From Eledone cirrhosa (lineage: Eukaryota): a stretch of 64,000 nt of DNA. The stretch's first letter is position 1. Each line of letters opens with the position of its first letter. Where the stretch lies: positions 185,504,001-185,568,000 of the forward strand of contig OZ024740.1 in assembly GCA_964016885.1 (NCBI GenBank), in the 5' to 3' direction. The position numbers and the translations under genes are program-made. The notes under the pieces are model-generated. The model was given only the letters and a program-made list of their open reading frames with translations, was not told where the DNA came from and did not search any database. Of the stretch, positions 1 through 9,465 are shown piece by piece.

Positions 1-2248
1 GATGCCATCATGGCTAGTTAACGGCACTACATTCCTACTTCCGAAGAATGATGAGACAAACAATCCCAAAAAGTACAGACCGATAACTTGCTTGACAACA
101 ATGTATACAATTTTAACATCAGTCCTAACTGAATATACATATGATCACCTCATAACAAATGATCTATTTCCCAATAAGCAGAAAGAGTGTAAACGAGGCC
201 CATGTGGCGGTAAAGATCAGCTTTTGTTTAACAAAATGATACTGAAAGACTGTCATAATAGACACAACACTCTATTAATGCTTGGATAGATTACAAGAAA
301 GCATTCGATAGTTTGCCACACAGTTGGATTGAAAAATGTTTAGAGATTTTCAAAATATCTCCCGTTGTCAGGAGGTTCTTGTCATTCACTATGAAGACAT
401 GGAAAACGACACTCCTTTTGAATAGTGAAAGAAAATCACTGGAAGCTGGAGAAGTTAATATTAATTGTGGAATTTTTCAGGGTGAATCTTTATCACCGCT
501 TTTATTCTGCATCGCACTTATACCATTAAGTAATATGCTCAATGAAACAAAACATGGATATAAAGTCTATGACAAAACCATTAATCACTTGTTCTACATG
601 GATGACCTGAAACTATTTGCAAAAAATGATGAACAATTGCAAGGCCTATTATCCACTGTGAAGCAGTTCAGTAATGACATTAAAATGTAGTTTAGACTAC
701 ACAAATACGCCAAAGCCACGTTCACCAGAATAAAGCTGCTGAAAGATTCAGACATTAATCTTGATCAGTGGAATGTGATAATAGAACTTGATTAAGAGGA
801 AACTTACAAAAATATCTAGGTGTTTGTGAAGGAGACAGAATGAACCACTCGACAATGAGGGAAAGGATAAGGAAGAAATGTTACCGCGGAGTAAGAGCAA
901 TATTAAGAACGGAATTGAATGCAAGGAATAGGATCGATGCCATAAACACGCTTGCCATACCAGTAGTAACCTACAGTTACAATGACATCAACTGGTCAAG
1001 CATAGAAATCCGTAGGCTCGATACAAAATTTTGAAAAAGTTTAAGCATGCACAGAATGCTTCACCCTAAGGCAGATACAAATAGAATATATCTCCCTATG
1101 AAAGAAGGAGGACGTGGATTAATCCAGTTATATATTGCTTTGAAAACTGCAAGAATTGGATTATCTACGTATCTCAGGTAATCACATGATTGGATGATCA
1201 AACTCGTTTTGAATCATGAAAGCATCCAAAGATCATACTCCATTACAAAAGATGCACAAAGCTACATTAATGAACTATAAATTTCAGAAGTTCCATTTAC
1301 TGCTGAAATGAAAAACACAGAAAAAGCAAAGCAGGTAAAAGTAACTACAAATAAAGAACTGCAACAGAAACTGGTTAAAAAATGGCAAGAAAAGCTTCTT
1401 TTAAAAAATCCACTATGCCGTGTATGTAAAAAACAACCAGAGACCATTGATCATATAATTTCAATGTGCAGTCCTATAGCACCAACTTAATACCTAAACA
1501 GATACGACAGAGCTGCACAATACATATATTGGATAATGTGTATGCATTTTGACCCACCCCATCAAAAGAATTGGTGGGAACATCAACCACCTCCCGTACT
1601 TGAAAAAAGATCACATATCAATATTGTGGAACTTTAGCATCCAAACAGACCAAAAAATAGATGCTAATAGACCTGATATATTACTGACAGACTTTAAAAA
1701 GAGGGTATGCCTGCTAATTGATATGTTCGTCCCAATAGACAAAAATGTATCTATAAAAACATTTAAAAAGTTCAACAAGTATAAAGACCTGGAGATAGAA
1801 ATTGGAAAAATGTGGAAGTTGACAATTAAAACAATACCAGTGGTTGTAGGCGCTCTAGGAATGAAAACTAAGGGGTCTAATGATTACTTATCGCAAATCG
1901 CAGGAAACCTGCTGATAGAAGAAATACATAAGATAGTACTAATGTGGAAATTGAGAACTAAAACAATACCAGGCGCTCTAGGAATGATACCTAAGGGGTC
2001 TAATGATTACTTATCGCAAATCATAGGAAACACGCCTATAGGAGAAATATAAAAATATAGTACTAATGTGAACTGCCCATATACTAAGGAAGATTCTGTC
2101 AATATAAGTGCATCATATGTCTAAACACCTAAAGATGCATGTGTGTGTATGTATGTTCTTTCTTGAACATGTCGGACCTTGTTGTCTCTTGAGGTCACTG
2201 GTTATGACTTGGTGATAACTCGTATGAACATAAAGCAAGGTAAATGCA
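1..2248 (+). mobile_element. Decayed R4/Dong-like non-LTR retrotransposon, family A (copy A1; 5' part lies outside the window)
   Basis: Fragmented ORFs with RT motifs (YRPITCL, GIFQGESLSP, FYMDDLKL), a CCHC remnant (CRVC...HIISMC) and RLE motif RPDI..LID. Collinear with 11215-13500. The 3' UTR ends in (AAT)n at about 2249-2301. Confidence 0.93.
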
Positions 2249-2299
2249 ATAATAATAATAATAAAAATAATAGTAAAATAATAATAATACTAATAATAA

Positions 2300-2491
2300 T
2301 AATTGTTTCTACTTTTGGCACAAGGCCAGCAATTAGCCAGTGAATTACTGTCACTTTATTTTATTGACCCCGTAAAGATGAAACGCAAATTTAACCTCGG
2401 CGGGATTTGAACTCAGAATGGCAAGGGACGTAACTCTATGCATCAAAGCATGCTGTCCGACCCTCTACCGATATTGGCAATCCACTGCCCT

Positions 2492-2492
<1 letters not shown>
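2300..2492 (-). mobile_element. tRNA-derived SINE, full length
   Basis: Minus strand reads GGGCAGTGGATTGCCAATATCGGTAGAG, a box-B-like GAGTTCAAATCCC, core TTTCATCTTTACGGGGTCAATAAAATAAAG, and tail GGCCTTGTGCCAAAAGTAGAAACAATTATT. Several homologous copies occur in the window. Confidence 0.85.

Positions 2493-2557
<65 letters not shown>
2493..2557. repeat. (AAT)n microsatellite between the SINE and the Tx1 3' end
   Basis: Perfect trinucleotide run. Confidence 0.98.
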
Positions 2558-2559
<2 letters not shown>

Positions 2560-2819
2560 TTTCTTTATTAACCACAAGGGTTTACATAAAGTAGACATTA
2601 AGGACAGTGCAGGACAATGCAGGACGGTACAAATGGGCATTTCTGCGTGTAAAAAAACAAAAACAGAGGATGTAACAAAAATAACAATGAAAATAACAAT
2701 GAAAAATTCCCCAATAGGGGGGAGACTTCGGAGGGACATTTGTGGAGAAAGCCCAGTAAAAAGCCACAATGACCCTGACCACCAAGGCAAGTGCCCTCTC
2801 CCAGTTTTCCACCTTTAGT

Positions 2820-5800
2820 TTACAGATATATACTCAGAGTCGGCCCATTCACTCGGGCCATTCTTGCTTCTCTCACCCATCTTTCAACAAAATGCTGGAA
2901 AGAGAGCACTTCCTTCTCTACTCTGATTTTCCTTTTCAAATGAAATTTGAAAAAGTCAATCAGAGCATCACCGAAGAGGTAAGTGCTCGTCTTCAGCCCT
3001 TTCAAACGTGTCCACCATACTATCTCTTTCGCCATGGCCACCAGACAGATAAAAACTGCCTGCCCTTCCCGGCTAAAGGAGGAGGGCGGGGCAATCCTCA
3101 CGATAGACTCAGATGATAGCTGGATCCGTCCTAAACGCGACAGCAGGTGTTCGACATAAACCCACAAGTCAGCAATTTTCGGACACTGGACGAGTGCGTG
3201 CAGGACGGTTTCGTCGCCCTGCGCGCATCTCGGACATGCCCGGCTGACGGCACCTCCATGCCTGTAGAGTTTATCCCGAACTGGCAAGGCTCCTCGGTAG
3301 CACTGCCAGGCCAGAGATTTCTGGAAGTTGTCCATAGGCCCTGGCCCGAAAGTTCTTCCGAAGAGATTGGCTAGTTGATTTTCGTCGACGCCTAGAGTTT
3401 CCCCAAGTACGTCGTCGCTCTTCCCCTCCACTAATCCTCTATAGAACGCCGAGGTGGAGTTTCCACCGATCACATTGCCCGATTGGTCGAGGGCTGTGAG
3501 CGCCTGAAGACATTCCAGTCTCCAGGCGCTCCCTCTCGGTCTTCGCTTGACCCAGGACTGCAGCTCCGTCAAGGAAACGAGCTGGGGAAAAACGCGTCTA
3601 GCAAACGGCGACCACACCTGATCACCGTCGAGGAAGAGGTGGAGATGTCGTAGCCTGAGCGCGTGCCTGCGCATCATCAGCCACGGCATGCCCAGCCCTC
3701 CACGTAGCGGGTGTTGACAACAGATGGACCGCCTGACCATCGGAGCACGTCCCTTCCACAAAAAGCGAAAGAGCAAACGCTCCAGCGCAGTCAGGCGAGG
3801 CTTAGGACAAGGTACGACGGTTAGGCGGTAGCAGATGACAGACGCGATGTACGCGTTAGCCACCTCCGCTCGACCTTTCAGGGATAGCTTCCTCTCCGCC
3901 CATTTCTGGGTGAGAGAAGCCACCCTGCTCGTCACCTCGTCCCAGTTTTTGTCCGTCTGGAGGTCCGGACCGAACCAGACCCCTAGCAATTTAACCGGTC
4001 CGTCCGTCCAGCGCCCGACGACGCTGTTGGACGGCATGGACCTGCCTCTCCAGGTGCCGAGCTGCAGGCCCACTGACTTTTCCTGGTTGATCATTGCTCC
4101 TGTCACCGCTTCGTATTCTCTTAGTGTAGTGCCGATCGCCTCGATGTGTTTGGCGTTCGACACCACTACGGTGACATCGTCCGCATATGCTGACACGGAT
4201 CTTCCGCATCCTAGTTCGCGCGGGACTCCCCTCAACGTCTCCAGTTTGTGCAGTAATGGCTCGAGAGTCAATACGTACAAGAGGGACGAGAGGGGACATC
4301 CTTGGCGGACCGAGCGCATGATGTTGAACGGTTCCGACAGGTGACCGTTCACTCTCACCACAGAGCAGATGTCGCTGTGCATGGCAGCGATCCAGCCTCT
4401 GAAGACGGGCCCAAAGCCAGCCGCCCTCAGGACTGCCGCTAGGTAACGATGGTCGACCCTATCGAAAGCTTTCGACTGATCTAAATTGATCAAGGACCCA
4501 CCCGTGCCAGGTTCCCTAGCTACCCTCTCTACGATGTATCGCATGAGGTGGAGGTTGTCGTGGATGGATCTGTCGGGAATGGCGCATGTCTGCGCCTCTC
4601 CCACCAGACCACCAACGACAAGCGCCAACCTCTTTGCTAGCACCTTGGCCAAAATCTTAAACTCTGTGTTTAGCAGAGTTATGGGCCGGAAATTGTCTAT
4701 GTTATCCCCCTTGTTCGGATCCTTTCTCAGCAGTGCCACCGCTCCTCGGCTCACAGAACTGGGAATTCTCCCGTTCTGTTGCCAGTTGCAGTAGACGTCC
4801 GCCAAGAGGCCTCCGAACAAGTCTGGCATCTGTACGTAAAGTTCATAGGGCAGACCATCCAAACCAGGCGATTTACCCCTTGTGCAGCCAGTCATTGCCT
4901 CCCTTACTTCAGCGGCTGTTATCGGCTTTTCGCAACACCTCGCCTCAGTGGCCGAGAGCCGCGGCAGTCCGTCGAGGTAGACACTAAAGTCCATCCCTCT
5001 ACCCGGCCCCCCGCTGCCCCCGAACAGCTGAGCGAAGTGTCGCTGAAAAGCTTCACACATTTGCCCGGGATCGAGTAGCATGCGCCCGTCGTGGTCCACC
5101 AAAGACCGGATCGTGGCTTTGTTGCCACGACGCGCCTCCGCCACTCGGGCCCATTGAACGGCTTTCGTCCCCTCGTGTCTGAGAGCACGCAACCTAGCTC
5201 TGACAACGCAGCCTTCGTGCTTTGCATTGAAGAATTGGTCAAGGGCCAATTTCGCCGCAAGCACGTCGGTCGCAATGCCTTTGCTAAGCGCCTCGTCTAA
5301 TTTTCTAACTAGTTCTCCCTCTGCTCTATTTTTCTCTATTGCTAAAGCCTTACTAAACCTAATCGATTCTATTCTAATCGCTCTTTTCAGAGCAAACCAC
5401 CACTTGTTGTTGACGATGGCCCCCGTCAACGCCCGCTTAACTAGTTCGCTAATCCGGTCTCTGTAGGCCTTGCGCGCTGGTAAGGACGCGTTTAGCTTCC
5501 AGTAGCCGGGTCCTCGTCTATGAAGCCTATCTAAGTCAAGCACACAGATCACGAATTTGTGGTCCGTGTAGCTGACTATCTTGAATTGTGGACAGCCTAT
5601 GCTAGACCTATCTATTTCCCTACAAAATACTCTATCTAGATATGATCTGGATGACCCTATGCGGTTTGTCCAAGTCCACATTGGCACATTCGGGAAATCC
5701 AATCGGTACCTGTCAGACAGTTCAAAACGCCTGAGCAGGTTGGTGAGGCTCTTGCACCCTCCACCCCTATCCGCTAATCCCACACAGTCCCAGCGTGCAT

Positions 5801-6239
5801 CTAAGATCCCGTTCCAGTCGCCCACTAACACTAAAGAGCGCGACGTTCCAAGAAAGGTCTCCAGACGCCGGAAGAAATCAGGCCGCCCTGCTCCTGTCGG
5901 GGCATAGACGGCCACTAGCCTGAAAGCTTGCCCGTCTCCGCTGGTCACGTCCAGCACCACCAGCTTACCCTCTGGGTCCAGGAAGATGGCCCGTATGGCG
6001 AGATCCAAACCTCTCCGAAAAAGCACAGCAACTCCTCCACCCGATCCAGGACGGCTGGGAGATGCGTACACATCGTAGCCGCCGAAGATCGGTGCGAAGG
6101 CCCGTGCTTCGGAGATTCTGGTCTCGCTGATGGCCACTACATCTATGTTTAGTGACCTGAGGTCGTTGAGCAGGTGACCCTGCTTCCATGACGACCCCAA
6201 GCCACGCGCATTTATGCTGCCTATTCTGAGTGAGGTCAT
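2820..6239 (-). CDS. Tx1-like ORF2: APE endonuclease + reverse transcriptase + C-terminal zinc-binding (zf-RVT-like) domain, 1139 aa
   Basis: SINARGL, ISET, AVYAP, GDWN, YLDR, TDH (APE); GYWKLN; KSPGLDG, FRPITLLN, DQSKAFDRV, RQGCPLS, YADD (RT); CPRC...ETVLHALVQC. Confidence 0.95.
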   Translation of the reverse strand: MTSLRIGSINARGLGSSWKQGHLLNDLRSLNIDVVAISETRISEARAFAPIFGGYDVYASPSRPGSGGGVAVLFRRGLDLAIRAIFLDPEGKLVVLDVTSGDGQAFRLVAVYAPTGAGRPDFFRRLETFLGTSRSLVLVGDWNGILDARWDCVGLADRGGGCKSLTNLLRRFELSDRYRLDFPNVPMWTWTNRIGSSRSYLDRVFCREIDRSSIGCPQFKIVSYTDHKFVICVLDLDRLHRRGPGYWKLNASLPARKAYRDRISELVKRALTGAIVNNKWWFALKRAIRIESIRFSKALAIEKNRAEGELVRKLDEALSKGIATDVLAAKLALDQFFNAKHEGCVVRARLRALRHEGTKAVQWARVAEARRGNKATIRSLVDHDGRMLLDPGQMCEAFQRHFAQLFGGSGGPGRGMDFSVYLDGLPRLSATEARCCEKPITAAEVREAMTGCTRGKSPGLDGLPYELYVQMPDLFGGLLADVYCNWQQNGRIPSSVSRGAVALLRKDPNKGDNIDNFRPITLLNTEFKILAKVLAKRLALVVGGLVGEAQTCAIPDRSIHDNLHLMRYIVERVAREPGTGGSLINLDQSKAFDRVDHRYLAAVLRAAGFGPVFRGWIAAMHSDICSVVRVNGHLSEPFNIMRSVRQGCPLSSLLYVLTLEPLLHKLETLRGVPRELGCGRSVSAYADDVTVVVSNAKHIEAIGTTLREYEAVTGAMINQEKSVGLQLGTWRGRSMPSNSVVGRWTDGPVKLLGVWFGPDLQTDKNWDEVTSRVASLTQKWAERKLSLKGRAEVANAYIASVICYRLTVVPCPKPRLTALERLLFRFLWKGRAPMVRRSICCQHPLRGGLGMPWLMMRRHALRLRHLHLFLDGDQVWSPFARRVFPQLVSLTELQSWVKRRPRGSAWRLECLQALTALDQSGNVIGGNSTSAFYRGLVEGKSDDVLGETLGVDENQLANLFGRTFGPGPMDNFQKSLAWQCYRGALPVRDKLYRHGGAVSRACPRCAQGDETVLHALVQCPKIADLWVYVEHLLSRLGRIQLSSESIVRIAPPSSFSREGQAVFICLVAMAKEIVWWTRLKGLKTSTYLFGDALIDFFKFHLKRKIRVEKEVLSFQHFVERWVREARMARVNGPTLSIYL

Positions 6240-6274
6240 GTTTAAAATAGAGTGGAAAAGATGGGAAAGACCAC

Positions 6275-8374
6275 TTACCGTATTTTTGGTAGAGGAGGGA
6301 TGGTTTTTACATCCCTTTTCACTTGATCGTCTGGTGAAGGGACCGTTGAATCGTCCCTTCGGCTGGTCGTCGGCTCTTCTAAGAGAATGTCTGAATATAC
6401 TCTTCGATTAATGGTTCCTCCTAGGTCCCTGAAATCACCAACTGCGTTGGGGAATTTCGTTTTAATGTTTGTGTATTGTTTCTGTGCTATTTTTAGCAGT
6501 CTTATGTTAGTTGGCGTTTTGATTGGTGCTGGTATTATGTAGTCCTGTTGTGAAATGTCTGTGTGTTCAATTATGTAAGTCATTAGTTTCTTGTTGTGTG
6601 TGTTTATTGCCGTGCATTTGTTTTTCTGGGGGTGGGGTGTGGTTCTGCTATTTTCTTGTCGTTGTTGCTGGGTGTGTGTGTTTTGTTGTTGTGTTTGCGA
6701 TGTTGGTGCTTGTGGTGGTGGTGTTGAAGGTGTTGTTGGCGGTGGGGTTGTCGCCGGTGGTGATGGTGGTGCTGGTGTGGGTGGTGATGGTGTTGGTGGT
6801 GTTGCTGCTGTGGGTCTCTTTGCAGTAGACTTTACCCTTTTCTCATTTCTTTCCTCCCTTTTCAAAGGCGACGATGCGCTGCTTCTGCGTTTGTGCCTTC
6901 TTGAGACCTTTTGCCATCCCTCTCCCACCTCACACTCCATGTCTGATTCTGTAAGGTCGGGGAGGGGTACCAGCTCCACTCTTTCACTTGTTGTTGTTGG
7001 TGATGTTTGCACTGGAGTCTCTGTTGCAGCTGCATTTGGTATTGCTGTTGTTGTTGTTAATATTTCCACTGCTGCTGCTGTCTTTGATTTCCGTGGAGTG
7101 GGTATGGGTGCCACGGACCTATCGTTCCTGGTTGCCGCTTGTCCTGTTGCTGGTAGCCGTGGAACCGGATTCGGGAGGAGGGGGGTTTTCTCCTTTCTCA
7201 GGGTCTTCTCGTTGCAGAAGGCCCTGAGGTGAGTCTTCGATCCACAGCGAAAGCATTTCGGGCGTTTGCCCTCAACACTTATGGGCAGTTGAGTGCCGTT
7301 ATCGAAGTCTATCACATCCGGGATAGCTTCGATGCACTCCTGGTTGGTTTGTATTAGCATCTCAATGGAGGAGCCGACCCAATCTTCTCTTACTTTTTTC
7401 TGTACTTGCAGTACAGTTGTTTTGTCCTCGATTCCGACGAGGACAGACGCGGCCAGCCAAGAAGGGGTCATTCCGGGGGGGACGTGGGTCAGTTTGACCC
7501 TCACAATTTTTTGCCCGCAGTAGGAGGGCACCAACACCATTTCCTCGCTCCTTAGGGTCACTACTGATTGGGCCTTTGCCTCCTGGGGTGTGGCAAAAAG
7601 TACGTCTACGGTGGCGTATTTTTTGCCTCGGGTGATGTGCGTTTTCCTCTGCCACACAGACCCCAAGGCTTTTTGTATTTGGGCCTCTGTGGCTCTTTCC
7701 ACCCTACGGGATTTTGTACTTACTGTACGGTACGTGACCGTACAGTGCTCTTGGGTTTCGAAAAAATTTTTCGCTGCCTTGCAGATTGCTCGGTGTCCGT
7801 TCTTTGTCACCATCTTCTTCGCTTCCTCTAATTCCTCATTTGTTATGAGGATTGTTTCCAGGTTTTTCGCAATACCTGCAAATGAGATTGGTTTTTCTCT
7901 GCTGTTGTTGTTGTCGTCAGAGCTGCTGGTACTTTTGTTGTTGCTGCAGGTACTACGACTACTGCCTCCGCCGCTGTTGCTGTGGTTGTTGTTGGTGTTG
8001 CTGCTGCTAATGGTGTTGTTGTTTATGCTGCTGGTGATGCTGTTGCGGCTGCTACTGTTGTTTTCATTGTCACTGTTGCTGTTGTTATTACGGCTGCTAC
8101 TGCTATTATTCCTGACGTCAGACGAATGAACTGGGTTTTCGTATTTCCCGCACACCTGTTTCGTCGCTGTCGTCGTCGTCGTGGAGAAACCTTGCACGCT
8201 TTGCACGAGACTTTTCTTTTCTTTCGTCGCTTGCGAAAGAGAAGGTAGGGAGAGAGACACATTTAAAGAAGGGAGGGAGAGAGACAATCTTCTCTCTCCT
8301 GTAGTGATGATTGAGGAAGAAGAAGACGGAATGAGTGGGAGTGACGTATGAAATTTTTTTTTTTTGGTAGCCAT
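6275..8374 (-). CDS. Tx1-like ORF1 (gag-like, CCHC zinc knuckle), about 699 aa from the first ATG
   Basis: Long ORF ending 35 nt upstream of ORF2, with a CFRCGSKTHLRAFC knuckle and Asn/Ser-rich and Pro/Thr-rich tracts. A homologous decayed ORF lies at about 40552-42138. The start codon choice is inferred. Confidence 0.85.
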   Translation of the reverse strand: MATKKKKFHTSLPLIPSSSSSIITTGERRLSLSLPSLNVSLSLPSLSQATKEKKSLVQSVQGFSTTTTTATKQVCGKYENPVHSSDVRNNSSSSRNNNSNSDNENNSSSRNSITSSINNNTISSSNTNNNHSNSGGGSSRSTCSNNKSTSSSDDNNNSREKPISFAGIAKNLETILITNEELEEAKKMVTKNGHRAICKAAKNFFETQEHCTVTYRTVSTKSRRVERATEAQIQKALGSVWQRKTHITRGKKYATVDVLFATPQEAKAQSVVTLRSEEMVLVPSYCGQKIVRVKLTHVPPGMTPSWLAASVLVGIEDKTTVLQVQKKVREDWVGSSIEMLIQTNQECIEAIPDVIDFDNGTQLPISVEGKRPKCFRCGSKTHLRAFCNEKTLRKEKTPLLPNPVPRLPATGQAATRNDRSVAPIPTPRKSKTAAAVEILTTTTAIPNAAATETPVQTSPTTTSERVELVPLPDLTESDMECEVGEGWQKVSRRHKRRSSASSPLKREERNEKRVKSTAKRPTAATPPTPSPPTPAPPSPPATTPPPTTPSTPPPQAPTSQTQQQNTHTQQQRQENSRTTPHPQKNKCTAINTHNKKLMTYIIEHTDISQQDYIIPAPIKTPTNIRLLKIAQKQYTNIKTKFPNAVGDFRDLGGTINRRVYSDILLEEPTTSRRDDSTVPSPDDQVKRDVKTIPPLPKIR

Positions 8375-9410
8375 GTTTTTTTGTTTAAAATGAAATTTTG
8401 GGTACAAAACCCCAATAACTGGTTATTTAACCCCGAAGGGCCAAATAACGGACAGAAAGACCCCTCTCACGAGGAGGAGGGTGTCTTTATCAACAATTTG
8501 GTTCAAGTTTTAAGCAATTTACAATTGTTTTAACGGTTAAAAATTACTATACCTTACAGAGCCGAGCCTCCGTCAACCATGGCATTCAATAATAATAATA
8601 ATAATAATGAGAAGACGCACGAGGTGGTAGAACGTCACGAAATTGCTCCCGTAAGTTTTTTGATTTTTAACATATTTAAATCAATTGTGAAAGAACAATT
8701 CTTAGCACAAATGTTGCATAAAGGCACCGAATGAGGTCCCATAAAGTTTCGGATCCATATTATATTGTTGTATCGCTCAAATATTCAATTTTGTATTATA
8801 TATTTTGTATTCAAAAAAAGAAAATGGTTATAAATGGAACAAAACACCCTCTGTCTACACTATATAGAACAGCGGCAATTTCAATTTCACCAACACCGGA
8901 AACTTGATACACTACCTATCCCATCACACTAAATATAACGGCAACTTCACCGGCATCATAATAATAATTACTATTATTATTGTCTCAAATTTTAAAAAAT
9001 GTTTAATTCAAATTTTACGGGAATATGTCAACACAAAATATAATGAAAATATATATTAAACATACGAACACAAACTCATAGATACTATATCAGTAACCAC
9101 AACACCACCGCTGCCACCACCCCACCACATCCATCATCGCCGCCACCACTCATTCAATGCTACTGACACTATTCCCCTGTTAACTTGAGAGAGAAAAGGG
9201 AAGGTGGTGGTAGCACTAGACAAGAGAGAGGCTAGCAAAAGATATAAATAGATTGACTTGGTGACCTTGCCACGGACAAACGTCTACATCAACAATTATG
9301 GGATTGCTGGCTCACCCCTTCCTCACCAACAATATAAAAAGCCCCGGCACCACCACCGACATAGCCAGCAGCAATAACAGCCAACTACAACAAAAAGTAT
9401 ATTATATTAT

Positions 9411-9465
9411 TGTAATGCACTGGGTGATTGCTGGCCTTGTGCCTGGAGTGGAGACAATTATTAAT
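9411..9465 (+). mobile_element. SINE 3' fragment
   Basis: GTAATGCACTGGGTGATTGCTGGCCTTGTGCC..GAGACAATTATT matches the tail of the SINE at 2300-2492. Confidence 0.7.

Larger units (their letters stand above)
2558..8588 (-). mobile_element. Full-length, apparently intact Tx1-like (L1 group) LINE
   Basis: Two long open ORFs. The 3' UTR has AATAAA directly before an (ATT)n tail. The 5' end abuts (AAT)n at 8589-8608. Confidence 0.92.

Noticed and set aside
3147-8248. Antisense and overlapping ORFs within the Tx1 element (and likewise within the Dong elements)
   Set aside because: Shadow ORFs of coding or low-complexity sequence with no recognisable motifs.
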